DNA of 64,000 bases from Kudoa neothunni (taxonomy: Eukaryota > Animalia > Cnidaria), in NCBI GenBank assembly GCA_964304625.1, contig OZ199838.1, positions 11,805,608 through 11,869,607 on the forward strand. Direction: 5' to 3'. Both the position numbers and the translations under genes were made by a program. The notes under the pieces were generated by a model. That model was not told the DNA's origin, made no database searches, and was given only the letters and a program-made list of their open reading frames with translations. Below, piece by piece: positions 42,154-54,673 of this stretch. Within the stretch, counting starts at the first letter, position 1. Each line of letters starts with the position of its first letter.

Positions 42154-44059
42154 ATGTTGCTTTTAAAACATTTTTCGAGAAGAATACATTATGATTATGT
42201 GATTTGCGGAGGTGGATCGAGCGGTTTGGCGTTGGCAAATAGAATAGGTTTTTTATCAACATTCAAATTCTAACCTTTTTTAAGCTGTTAGCAATTATCT
42301 GAAAGAAAAAAAAGTGTTGGTTATTGACAAAGGAAAGGGATTAGATCTTAATGTGAAACATTCCTTTCCCGAAACAATTAATCGAGTGTTTTTAACTAAC
42401 CCTAGATCAGTTGAACTTTTTAAAAGTATGTCTCTTTATTTATTTATCTGTCTATCGTTCCTTTATTTCTCCGATATAATAGCGATCGGGATATGGGATG
42501 AGCTCGAAAAAACTGCTTCAAACCCTATTCGAAGAATAGAAGTTGTTTTTTATATGTAAAGTTGCAACTGAATGTATTCTGAAACCAGATTTGGGACGAA
42601 TATACTGGAAATCTTGATTTTAACCCTCTTGATAAAAGCTCAAACTTATGTTACATGATTGACAACGCTGTTCTTCAGATCATACTCTACAAAAAATTTT
42701 TATCATTTGTCTCAAAAAAAGCACATTCTCACAAACTTAAAACTCATATAACCTATTTGAAATCATTCACAGTATTGTGATTGTTATGTTTTTACGACTG
42801 TAAAGACTTTAAGGGGGATAAGAACCATTTGGAAATCGGTCTTTCAGATGGCTCATTTGTAACAGCAAACTTGCTTGTATGTTTTGTGACAATGCTTGAT
42901 GAACCTTTAATATCTCTATAGATTGGTTGTGATGGTGCTAATTCTAAAGTGAGAGAATTCGCACAAATCGATACCTTAACACATGATTACAACATTACTG
43001 ATCATGTTGGAACCATCAAATATATTCCAGTAATTGTTGGCGCTCTTTTTTGACTTTTTTATCGTTTCATTAGAATGACGATGGGTTCATAACGTTCAAG
43101 AAAATCACCAAAAATGGATTTGTTGCCTTCCTTACGGTATTGAATTTTGTCGATTGTAATTTTATCTTTGTTTCTTGTGATAGCTAAGTCCTGGAGTTGC
43201 TTCGTTGTCTTGGTGTGTTAATAATCCATTTGGTGCTGAACTTAGCACGATGGATGATAAAGAATTCATAGACGAGCTCAATAAAATTTTAGTAAATCTT
43301 TGTTAATTATTGAAGGTGTTTGATTTATTTGGCTATTTGAAGGCCAGAAAATCAGATATCCCACCTATTCTAAGTTCATGCAGGAATATGTTTGATAATT
43401 TGTGGATGGGATTGAAACCTGGTAGGTCTTAAGACTTTTATTGTTACACTTGCTGATTTAAATTGCTTAGGAATGCATGGGTCACATATGAGCGATTTTA
43501 ATTATAGACCGATAAAAGTTGATTCCATTATTGCCGGTTCCAGGTTGTCGTACCCACTCAGATTGATTCTTGCAAAAACTTTTGTGAAGAATAATATTGT
43601 TCTCGTTGGGTAATAGAGTCATCAACAAATTATATAAATCTAAAAATTGGATAGCGATGCAGCTCATCGTCTAAACCCCATAACTGGACAAGGTTTGAAC
43701 CTGGGACTTCGAGATGTTGAAGAACTTGTTACTATTCTTGAAAAAACTCAACTTAAAGGATACAATAATTGTTAATTTAATCCATTTCCAATTCCAACTA
43801 CTGCTAATATTCAAACTATAGATTGTCCTTCACTTCTTCAAAACTATAACAACTACAGACGACTTGAAACTTTGATGCACGCTGGATTTGGAACTGCAAC
43901 CAATTATCTTTTCGCTAACGATATCAAATTAGTTGGCTTGTTTCGCTCATTTGGTCTAAATGTTGCCAACATATTACCCTTTAAAGTGATTGCTATTTAC
44001 CAATGCTCCTTACATTAATTTTCATTTAGGATTCAATTGTGAACAAATGTATTGGATAA
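42154..44059 (+). CDS. COQ6: COQ6/UbiH-family FAD monooxygenase, copy 1 (intact, 13 exons)
   Basis: YDYVICGGGSSG, NRVFLTNPRS, IWDE, LLIGCDGANSKVR, YPL, LVGDAAHRLNPITGQGLNLGLRDV. All introns are GT-AG and in frame. Confidence 0.85.
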
Positions 44060-44379
44060 ATTATTTATAATTTTAAATTTTTCGCATAACGAAATTTCTC
44101 GTTTATTACAACTGAACCGTCATATGATTCACTAATTTTTTACTTAAGTTAACCCTTCATTTTTACATCTATTTTATCCATGTAATTTTATGTAAGTTAA
44201 AGAAACCTTAGAAATATATTTAGTAGTATTTAACAGTCTAATATCCTTAATTTTCGTATATCTTAGATTTACCATATTAATTTAATTTAAACGAAAGCTT
44301 AACAACAGGTATCGTTAATGTTATGGCATATTTTGAACATGCAATTTTCAATTAAAATCAATTTAAACCGTCGAATTGG

Positions 44380-45285
44380 AAGAAAATAGCCGGTTTTTAT
44401 TTGTTATAACCGAACAAAATCAATATTCGTCAAAGGAAAGCGTTTGAATGTGGGAAGGAAACAACGTGAATTGATTAATTACTTGGTGGAATGGAACACT
44501 TACGAAGCTATTGGGGATTTCCCGGTTTGTAAATATTGCATAGGACTTAACGAATTTTCCGATATACGATCTGATAGCCTTAATATGCCTAACTTTTCAT
44601 TAAATTTTTTAACTAATGCTCTTACTCCGTTATGTGATTTCTCAAAATTAATACAACAAACGACAATTTTACATCATGGATCTTTGATCCGATAAAGGAT
44701 GACTTTCTAAGTAATGGAGATCATTTGGTCGAAAATTGCAAAGGTATTATTGGCTTTGTTCCATTTAAATCTTGAAACAATTTTATATTTAAATTTGAAA
44801 ATTTGTGTGATGCCACAAACGAAAAAATTGATCGATAAATGCTCAGAAATTTTGATTATCTTTATTACTTTTTAGAAGGTGAAAAGAAGATTGAGGTTAA
44901 TAACAAATACTACATGTTATGTAAAATGATAAAAGATTCAACTCAACCCTCAAAGATTGATTCCTGAAATAAAGTGTGGAATGCTTGTCCCACTCTTTAG
45001 AGACTTTATCAAGATATATTGATGCTACCAGTTTCCTCTATTAATGTTGAAAGCAGTTTCTCAAGATTGCAAAATATATTTGGAAAAAAAGGATCAATCT
45101 TTTTGATGGGAGCCTGGCAGTGCTCTAAATACTCGATTTTAATGGTCCATTATAACTAAACTTAAAGTTATTGGATCTATTTTTTTGTTAATTATGATTT
45201 TTTTTCCAAAATAAAAGCCGATAAAAATCGAATTAAATTTTTTTTATTTCGGTCAATAAAAACCGTCGAAAATCACCAACCCTAG
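44380..45285 (+). mobile_element. Degenerate hAT transposon remnant
   Basis: Fragment ILMLPVSSINVESSFSRL (~45017-45070) resembles the hAT C-terminal dimerisation motif. Right end ...CACCAACCCTA with subterminal AAAA(C/G)CG repeats. Left end not found. Confidence 0.5.
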
Positions 45286-46804
45286 TTATAAGTAGGCGTC
45301 ATAATTTTAAACGATTATGTTTAAAAAATTCGACGTTATTTTAAAAACTGCCGCATGCGTAACAAAAAAGTTTTTTTACCAAGCTCGGGGTTGTGGAAAA
45401 AATATTAATATAACTTTTTTATAAAATTTTCCTCTGGAATATAATATTTAACTCATTCGCTCAAACGTTAGGTTTAATTTATAACTTTGGATAAAATGCT
45501 TCAATTTCGGAAAACTTCTTTCCATCGCTATAGGTGATAGCGGTATAAGCACCAAATCTTGGCCTACCCTAGGCACTATGAAATACTTTGATTTGTTTAT
45601 TCTTTAAATCCGAGATCTATCATTTTATCATTTCTATGGAGTGAAAGTTTCAACAACTCTTGTTGAGGAATTCTCGATGATCGACGTTAACCAATGTTGA
45701 TATATTTTTTAGGTCATTTCCTCATTTAAACCTGTTTATTCAGGCTATATAATTGTAAATCCGTTTTCCCTTGTTGCCCATAAATAGACGCAAAATAATC
45801 AAAGAACTCTCTCGATTTTAACCGAAAAATTTAAAAATACTTAAAAAATTAGACGGTTTTCGATTTAAATCGATTTTAGTCGTTTTAAATCGTCAATTGT
45901 TTTTAAAAGTTTCGACGTTTATTATACGAGAAAATTCGAAATCTTCCAATAAAATTGAAAGGGGTAGTAACCGAAGAGAGAATGATATTTTCTTGATGAA
46001 TGGATAGACATAGAGAAGATGGAAAATGAATTAGTCTGTAAATATTGTAAAGTGGAATTATCTCTACTTCAAAATTGAACTTACAAGGAAATAAAATCAA
46101 AGAAACATTCTTCGTTAAAAATGCGTTTCGAGACACTTCTCTGCCAGTTAATTTTTAATGATTTAAAAAATGGCAACATTGTGAGAAATTTGGTCTCTGT
46201 TATTGTTCTCGCCATCTTCTCCTATGGTTATTCGATAAGAAAACTTTTTTGTGGTGATACCGTTCCAAATTTTTATAATTTAAATGCTCAAACTAGGGCA
46301 CATGTGCCTAGTTTGAACTAACCAAAATAAACGTCGAAAACTACGATCTCTAGCTATAAATTATAGAACAGCTTTAGTTATAGCATTAGATTTAATTTAT
46401 ATCATTAGATTTTACTATCCTGCCCTGTTATGAATATTTTTCTGGAGCAATCTTCCTAATCACGCACGCACGCATGCGCACATGAAATTGATATTTTCCG
46501 GAATTATGTGTTTTTGAATAAGTAATTGAGTTTAATTCCTTTATATCATATTAAATAACATAATAATTAATTTTAAGAACACGATTATTTAGCTCTTGGG
46601 CCACATGTGCAAATGCGTCTTACGAAGCAAGATTATTTTTTCATCATGTTATTCATATTATTACTAAGTTAATGATTCCTAATAATTGTAAAAAATGTAA
46701 CGTTAATAATGATACCATAAAAATATTGTTACCGATGTAGTAATTATAAAAAACAAATTTAACCCCTTTATAAGAATAAGCGCACGCATCCCAGAATACG
46801 CAAA

Positions 46805-48839
46805 ATGAATTTGATTAAAAAATTTTGTAGAAATATTCATTATGACTACGTGATTTGTGGCGGAGCGTCAACAGGACTTGGCCTGGCCAATAAAATAGGC
46901 ATTATTGGATCACCCACATGATTAATTTGATAACTGTCATTAGCACAAAGTCAATATTTGAAAAATAAAAGATTACTTTTGATCGAAAAAAGTGATGGAA
47001 TTGATTTTAATAAAAAGCACAACTTTCCCCGAACTGTTAATCGAGTGCTGTGCACAAATCCAAAAACAGTAGATCTATTTAAAGGTAACGTTTGAAGTAC
47101 ACACGCCTTTATTAGTTTTAATTTTGAATCATTATAAAGAGCTCAATATATGGGATGAACTTTCGAAATGCGCTGTCCATCCCAGTAAACGTATTGAAGT
47201 AATAAAATTCACAGTGATATTAGTAGTTCGGTAAATGCGAACATTTATAGATTTGGGACGAATACACTGGTCTCCTTGAATTTAAGCCCATAACAAACGA
47301 TTATTATCTTTGTTACATGATCGACAATGCTGTCCTTCAAACCTTGTTGTATAAGAAATTTTTGGGTTACGTGTCCGCGAAAAGGCACGACCTAATGTTA
47401 AACACTAGCATCGATTCAGTTCAGCGCTTTAAGGTACAAATTTGATTTTAAACATGAAATTTAATAGCATGTTTATAAAAATAAAAAGATGCTTTAAAAC
47501 TATAAAATTTCTCATCTATTTTAATTGTTTAAATATTAAATATAGGAAAATAATGTGGATCGTATCGAGTTAAGGTTAAGTGACGATTCTACTGTTACTA
47601 CGGATTTGTTGGTGGGTGTTCATATGACTATTAGATTGAATAAAAAATTACTTAGATTGGTTGTGATGGTGCTATGTCTCGAGTGAGAGAATTGGCTGAA
47701 ATTCCCACCTGGACACATGATTACAACATGAGTTTGCATGTTGGTACCGCCAAGCATTCAAATGTAATTGGGCTATATAATTTTTATTGACATTTACTTA
47801 TTTTTAAGGATGTCAATGGAGATTATTACATTTAAAAAATTTACATCCAATGGATACGTAGCATTTCTACCTGTAATTCAACAATTTATTTAAACAATCT
47901 GACGCATTGAACAAAAATTTTTTAAACATTATTAACGATTTTCTAAATAAATGCTACTGTATATAGCTGGGGTCCGGTTAATACATCATATGCTTGGTGT
48001 GTAAATGATCCAGAAGGGGATCGATTGGATCTTTTGGATAGTGTGGCATTGACTAATGTGATGAATGAATATTTGGTATGGATTATTTTGTCAAGGCTTA
48101 CTTTACTTGACGGTAGGCGAGAAAATGTGAAATGTCGTCAATCTATTCTAAAGGCAAATCATTTTTGGACAATGTTATCATGGGATTAAAACCTGGTGCG
48201 GATATTTTCATTTCAGCAAATAAATAATTAATTACATTTAGGAAAACATGCCTCACTGTTAAGTGATTTCAATTATCGACCTCTTTTTATTGAATCTATT
48301 GACCAAAATTCGCGTTATTCCTTCCCATTGAGACTTATATTGGCTAAGCAATATGTTAAAAATAATATAATTTTGGTTGGGTAAGTATATATATATATAT
48401 ATAGTTTTTGCTGATGATTTGATATTATTAAAAATAAGAGATGCCGCTCATCGTATCAATCCAATTACGGCGCAAGGATTAAATCATGGTTACAAAGATG
48501 TTGTACAACTCACCAAACTCTTAGAAGATACTCATTTACTTGGTTTCAATAACTGTAGCTTTATTCGTATAAAACAACGACACTTATCTAACTTATATTA
48601 CTTAAGACAATGCAAAGTTTTTAAAAAAATATGATAGAAGAAGAAAGCTCGACGTGGCTTTGCATGTGGGATTCGGATCTATCACCAACTATGCATATGC
48701 AAACGACATAAAATCATTGACGTTTGTTAGGTCGTTTTTCCTACATGCTGCTAACAAATTCCCATACAAAGTAACTTTATGATGTATTGTTTAGTCAGCT
48801 GTATTTTAGAATTCAATTGTTCACAAAATTACATGCTAA
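46805..48839 (+). CDS. COQ6: COQ6-like monooxygenase, copy 2 (diverged; two apparent +1 frameshifts, possibly a pseudogene)
   Basis: Same intron positions as copy 1 (first intron has a GC donor). Motifs YDYVICGGASTG, IGCDGAMSRVR and GDAAHRINPITAQGLNHG. Extra G at ~47821 and within 47967-47972. Confidence 0.75.
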
Positions 48840-49073
48840 ATTATCGCCTTGGTTATTTTCTCCACCCTTTGAAATTGAAAGTTTTAATAATGTAGATTGA
48901 TAACTCGATTATGAATATATTTATTATTGAAATAATTATACATCTATTGTGGGAATAATAATTTTTTCATCTTATGGATAAAATCACCTATTTTTAAAGC
49001 AATAATTTTGTTGCAACGGGTAAGAAACAATTTTTTTTGAAAACGAAGAAAATATTAATTTTAAAGTAAAAGT

Positions 49074-51397
49074 TTATTTGCTGCTTTTGATTGATAGCAC
49101 CGTTATCACTATTATGATAGCCAAGATAAACAGACTAGCTAGGACCCTATAACAACGTTATCTACCACCATGATTAATAACAGACTATTTACATCCACCA
49201 GTTGTCTTCGATCCATGTTCTAAATTGATAATTAAATATACGATATTATATTTAACGTAACACTTACGATTTTGCGGGAGCTAAAAATATAATATTAATA
49301 AACAATAGAATAAGAATGTTTAATGGTATTCCAAACATAAACAGAAAATTAATCGGCAACATGTCATTAAATTTATTGTTTGGAAAATTATAATGAGAGT
49401 AATTTAGAAAAGTTACAAGTGAGAAAAAATTTGGTTGGAAGACTGTAGAATTGAGCTTCAGCCACCACTGTATATGAAGTTGATTCACTCAACCCATAAA
49501 TAAACAAGTATGATCCACAGGAATACGAACAATCTTCTTTGCTCTCACAGCGCGCAACAATCAGATCAGCCTTGGTCCTGGGATCGGTTTTGTAAATTTT
49601 GAAATTGCACACCGTAGAAATTTCGGAATGTTGCAGATTGAATGCTAGACGTAGTTTTGTGCCATCGATCCACAGCGAGGAACTTTTTAAGGTTTCATAT
49701 TGAGACACTTAATTTTTTGTTATTTAGAATTTGAAATGAGTTTATGGATAAATATGTTAATAGATAATTACATGTAGTTGCAGCTATGTCGATGCTACTG
49801 GGTGCGTAATAATTCAATGGCTCTAGTACAATCGTGTATTTGGTTTTTGGAGTCAAAACTCCCATAAAAAATCCGTTAGAACAGAGATTAACACAAGGAA
49901 AACCAAATGAACATTGAATATTATCTAGAAACGCTTCAGTGCCTGTTTTCTTGACTTTAAGTTGACATAATGCATCCTTTATTTGAGAGTCAACTTTTAT
50001 ATTCAATTGTGCATATTGTTTGGATGGATGTATCGTATAGTCAAGTTTTGGTAGTCCCACTAAGGTTAGATGTCGATTAATTATAACGAAACTAATTAAT
50101 CACCTGTTTCGAATGATGTATATGAAAACTGGTTTTCGGTGTGTTCAACTTCAACTATGTACTTGGTTTTTGGTAGAAGATTTTCCAGTTTTAAGTCAAC
50201 ACAGGTGTTGGTGCATTTTTGCTTACCATCTTTTCCGCAAATTCTCTTTCGCCCGCTCTTCGGGTAGCCAAAATGATAGAGAGTTACTTCACATCGAGTA
50301 TTATCATCCACCTTCAACGATGACATATTCAATGTAACGGAACTTTGAGTTATTGCCGTAACCTCAATGATATTCTTATCAGCTTTATTCAGATTAATGA
50401 TTTAGAATTACTAATTTCAATTACAGTTTAGTTCTACTATGTAGGGATCCTTATCATGGCGTGTGTTTATTGATACTGTGAAAATACCATTTGCTGGACT
50501 TATTTTCATCTTGACGTGTGTACATGGTCTGAAACATTTGTTCGGAGTTGAAGTTGAATTAATAAAGCAATCTTCAACATAGTTAGAGGTAGATTTCCCT
50601 CCTTGTTTTATTTTAAATTGACATATATCGTCAGGTTTAGGATCGTGAAAATGAATAACTAGACTATCTGTTACACCGGAAGTTTTATTTAGAGAAATGG
50701 CAAATTTTCTAGGTCCTTCTGGAATCATCAACTCCGTGTTGGCGTAGTCGAAGAATACGTTCGCCTCAGACGTTCCACAGAATAACTCTAGGGGAAAATT
50801 CGACGGTCGTCTATACGTAGCCGATAGCTCGTAGTATCTCCCACAGTTAACATTAGCAGGAATACTATCCAAAACTATATGTTTATGTCTGATTTGGCAT
50901 GTTGTTGAAAACTGGCAATTTTTCTTCACTTTAAAGTAGACATTGTCTTCTATCAATTTGGGAACCACATTTGGTGGCTTGGGAAAGTCTATTTTATAAT
51001 ATTAAACTCTTATAGAAACAGAATTATATTACTGTTTTCTACATAAATATAATGTGTTGACTTTTTTGATTTAATTGACATGTAGTATGATGTTTGAGCT
51101 TTGTTAGTTTTAACCGATACTTCATCACGACAATCCACCGTACAAAATGGTAAAATTCCACATCGTACGTCTTCATATTGAGCTACGTTATCGGTTACAC
51201 TAAGTAACTTTATCGTGCATGATGTTTTTGCCGTCCCTCTCAATCTCAAGTAAATTGTGTCACTCCCAGCAATTCGTTCTACCATATACTGATGCAGACA
51301 AACTAAGAATAAGGTAGCTAAACTACGATTTAATTCAGTTATATGTACCTTGTTTGACACAAAACAATGACCATATCAACCACAACCATAGCTCCAT
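49074..51397 (-). CDS. Cys-bridged FN3-like repeat surface protein, type A copy 1 (intact)
   Basis: Signal exon MELWLWLIWSLFCVKQ; six modules (e.g. CEVTLY..ICGKDGKQKCTNTC..LLPKTKY); 13-nt micro-exon 49268-49280; TM end TWIEDNWWILFILAIIIVITVLSIKSSK*. Confidence 0.78.
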
Positions 51398-54250
51398 CGT
51401 ATTTTTTATTTAATATAAAGGGATAAAAATTCAAAGGTCTAGGATTAGATTAATACAGACTAAAGATCCTATAGATTGTAAATTTCCGGATCAATATTTA
51501 CGAAGAAGTATTATATCCATTTATTGTCGAATGATTATTTCATCGAATTCATGAAACGGTATATAATACAATTGATTGTCGGTTAGTTGGACATGAGATC
51601 TAATTTTTGGATAGCATGCAAATAATGTTTATTTTTATGTTAACTAACATTTATGTATTTAATCGAATATAACTGAAATATCATTGAACAGAATCAAAGC
51701 TTTTTTTACTTTTTTTTCTGCGAATAAAGATATATAGGGATATTTTAATATTGATTGAATATACACCGTAAATAAATATTTTTTACATTTTAAATAATAT
51801 TGAATGATAATCAATATAAATATAACGATAAACGTGACCTGCATTTTTTATATAATTATAAGTTATTAGGCAAATAAAAATTTATTTTATATAGGCTTAG
51901 ATAAAACGTGATAAATAAATCTGAATAAAATTTAATAATAAATAATAATTATCATTTCATTGAAAGTAAAATAATTATTTCGTTCAGTAGAAAGAGGAAA
52001 GCCGCTTAGTCACCAGCTCTAGTTGCTACAAAAGCCACTCCTCCAATAACCACAGCCAAAGCACCCAACACTGCGAGGATGCTAAATAAAAGAATTATGA
52101 AATTTTTAACCATATTTCACATCAAAATTACATCCACCAGTTCTTCTTCATCCAACCACTATATATAAAAAATAAATAGTTAAAATTCGTAATTTATATA
52201 ATAATTATTATTACCCAGTCCCTTGTTCTATACAAAATTATATAACAATATATAGATAACCTAATAATTTACTTCCAACTTCAATCTCTTCAATAAGTGC
52301 TGCAGATTGTCCATCGTCAGATAACAACTGATAACTGTAATTTATATCTATATCCTCAAATACAACGGAGCTTGCACAATCAATATCTTGATCAGTTGGT
52401 TTTCCTATCTTCTCAAATAAGAATTTATCCTCGGGATCTTTGGGATTGACGGCGTAGATAACCACATTACATAAATTCCCTGACTGAGTTTTGTCTGGTA
52501 TGATGGTTAATCTCCTTTCGTAACCATCAAAAATGATGTCTGGTTTTACTTTATCATTATTTTTTCCTAAAAATAACGTTATAACGTTTTCAAATCAAGA
52601 TTTAATCACTTAGCAGTCGCGACACTTGATAAACTGTGTAATCAATGTGACCAGCATGAACCAACTCGATATTTATGGTTACATTCACTGGCAAATCCAC
52701 CACTTCGAATCTGTGAGAACATAAACCCCAACATGGTTTTCCATCAGAACAGGTGGCTATTGTTTTTTTAAATCTTCTGGATCTCTTGTATCTCACGTAA
52801 CATGTCATTTTTGGAAGATACGACTCATATTCACTCCCTGCTCCTGGGATCATGAGCATTGTATCACCGAAAAAGAATGTTTGTGTCTCGCTGAATTGTA
52901 TTGTTTCTAATCATACTAAGTATTTATAATATAATATATGTATACTTGTGGCGAAAAACGAATTAACAGCATATTCAGCACTATTTTTTTCTGCTCCAAT
53001 TTTCATCTCAAGAATGTATGCTGTGTTGGGAGTCAAAAGCTTTAGCGGTGTCTTATTGTCACATGCTTCAGGGCAAGCTTCATTTCTCTCTTCCCCACAT
53101 ATCGCAGTCATTGGTAGACCGGGAAGTTTCGCGTGTACCAATGATGGAAAACACTTAGGTGAATTCTCAAGGTTTGATACTTGAAAACTAGCTGAGGTTG
53201 CTGTGATATCAGATATAGCAACAGTATTTTTTGTATCTATAAAATTCTGTAATTTATTATTTCGTTAAGGTTATACCTTTAACTTTATATTCTGCATATC
53301 CACGTCTAGTTCCAATTTTGACTGTATAATGATCTGCAGCAGCATTTTGATTAGCCAAGTTTAAAGTAGTAGCTCCACCACAGTACTTGAAACATTTATC
53401 ACTTTCGCCATTTCCAGCCTGACTACATTTTTCCGCGTATGTGCTAACACTATTACTCTTTATTTGGAAATTGCAGATCTCATTGTTCAAATATGGATTA
53501 TGCATTTGTAATGAGAAATCTGTGTGTGGAGAGGTGGATTGAGAAGAAGTAAAAGGAACATATTGGTATTTGTTATCTTTATTGTAGAAAGACTTGTTAG
53601 CGTAAAACATGACTTTAGCTTGATTAGCCCCACAGTAAGAATAATAGGCATTGGACATTGAGTATCGAATTGGTATAGTAATGTTATGTAGATTACAGCT
53701 GTTATTTTCTACTTTAGCCAAAGTTCTATCATGTTTTGTACTTTTAACTCGGCATTTATAGTTGTCAGTGCAGAAATTGTTAACTCCGAATTGCGCTTCT
53801 TCTTCACTCAATGTTACATTAGTTTCAGGAAGTCTGGGCATATCTATTGAAAAATGAGCTGAAAATTATAAGTATTATTGCTGTTTACCTGCCGGAATCG
53901 CTAATATATTTATTTTTCTTCCTTCAACAATTCTGAAATAGTGCATCAACCGTCCACTATTGACATTAATCACAACTATCTGATTACATTTCGTTTCGCA
54001 CACAGGTAGAATATTTGCTTCAGTGGTTGCTCCAGATATTTTGCATATTGTCTCATTAAATTTTGCTCTAACTCCATTTCTAAATAAATGGTCTATTTTA
54101 CAATCTTCGTTTTCGTCTCCTTTCAGATAAATTGTAATTTCGTCCATGTATGTTGAGATTTCTTGATCAACTATAGGTATATCGTCTGGATTTATTGTAG
54201 TTTCGGGAGGAGGGGTAGTGGTAATAGTTTCGGTAGCATCAATCGAGATG
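50610..54250. repeat. First copy of the tandemly duplicated A-B segment (second copy ~57908-63925, interrupted by the hAT)
   Basis: Direct sequence match at offset +7305 (A part) and +9664 (B part). ORFs 52238-52465 and 61902-62129 are identical, as are 52602-52859 and 62266-62523. Confidence 0.95.
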
Positions 54251-54673
54251 TCATTATCAGTTGGCGCGGAATCTTCATTTTCAGAATCATCGTCAGCTCC
54301 AGAATCATCTCCATTTTCAGAATCAACTTCAGTTTGAGAATTATCACCAGTTCTAGTACTATCTTCAATAACAGGATTAACATCACCAGAGTCACTTTCA
54401 GCATCAGGACTATCGGATTTCATAAATATCGGATGAATATTCGACATTAAAAGCCGGCTACTTTGAGCAGCAGTAACATCGGTATTGGGAGCTTCTTCTG
54501 CTGCTGGTTTTTCCACTACTGATGGAGGTGGTGGTGGTGGGCGTTTAATTTGTTGAACGAAATATTTGTGACAACGTGCTAAATATGAATAACAGAATTA
54601 AAAAATGACAGAAAAGCAATATATTACTAGTTGTGAGAGCTGTTAAAAATAAAAACAATATTGACAGCCTCAT
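52006..54673 (-). CDS. Cys-bridged FN3-like repeat surface protein, type B copy 1 (acidic/Pro/Thr-rich N-terminal region)
   Basis: Signal exon MRLSILFLFLTALTT; D/E/S-rich region; modules with LLTPNTAY; 13-nt micro-exon 52215-52227; TM end GWMKKNWWIILAVLGALAVVIGGVAFVATRAGD*. Confidence 0.78.

Noticed and set aside
15041-44059. Alternative genetic code or stop read-through to explain the fragmented ORFs
   Set aside because: P4HTM, FATP, KLHDC10 and COQ6 copy 1 splice into open frames with the standard code. TAA, TAG and TGA all serve as true stops in the window.
52948-54450. Plus-strand and alternate-frame ORFs (52948-53184, 54163-54450, 54192-54404, and similar ones such as 21354-21617 and 40031-40330)
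   Set aside because: Shadows of real coding exons; their duplication simply follows the segmental duplication.
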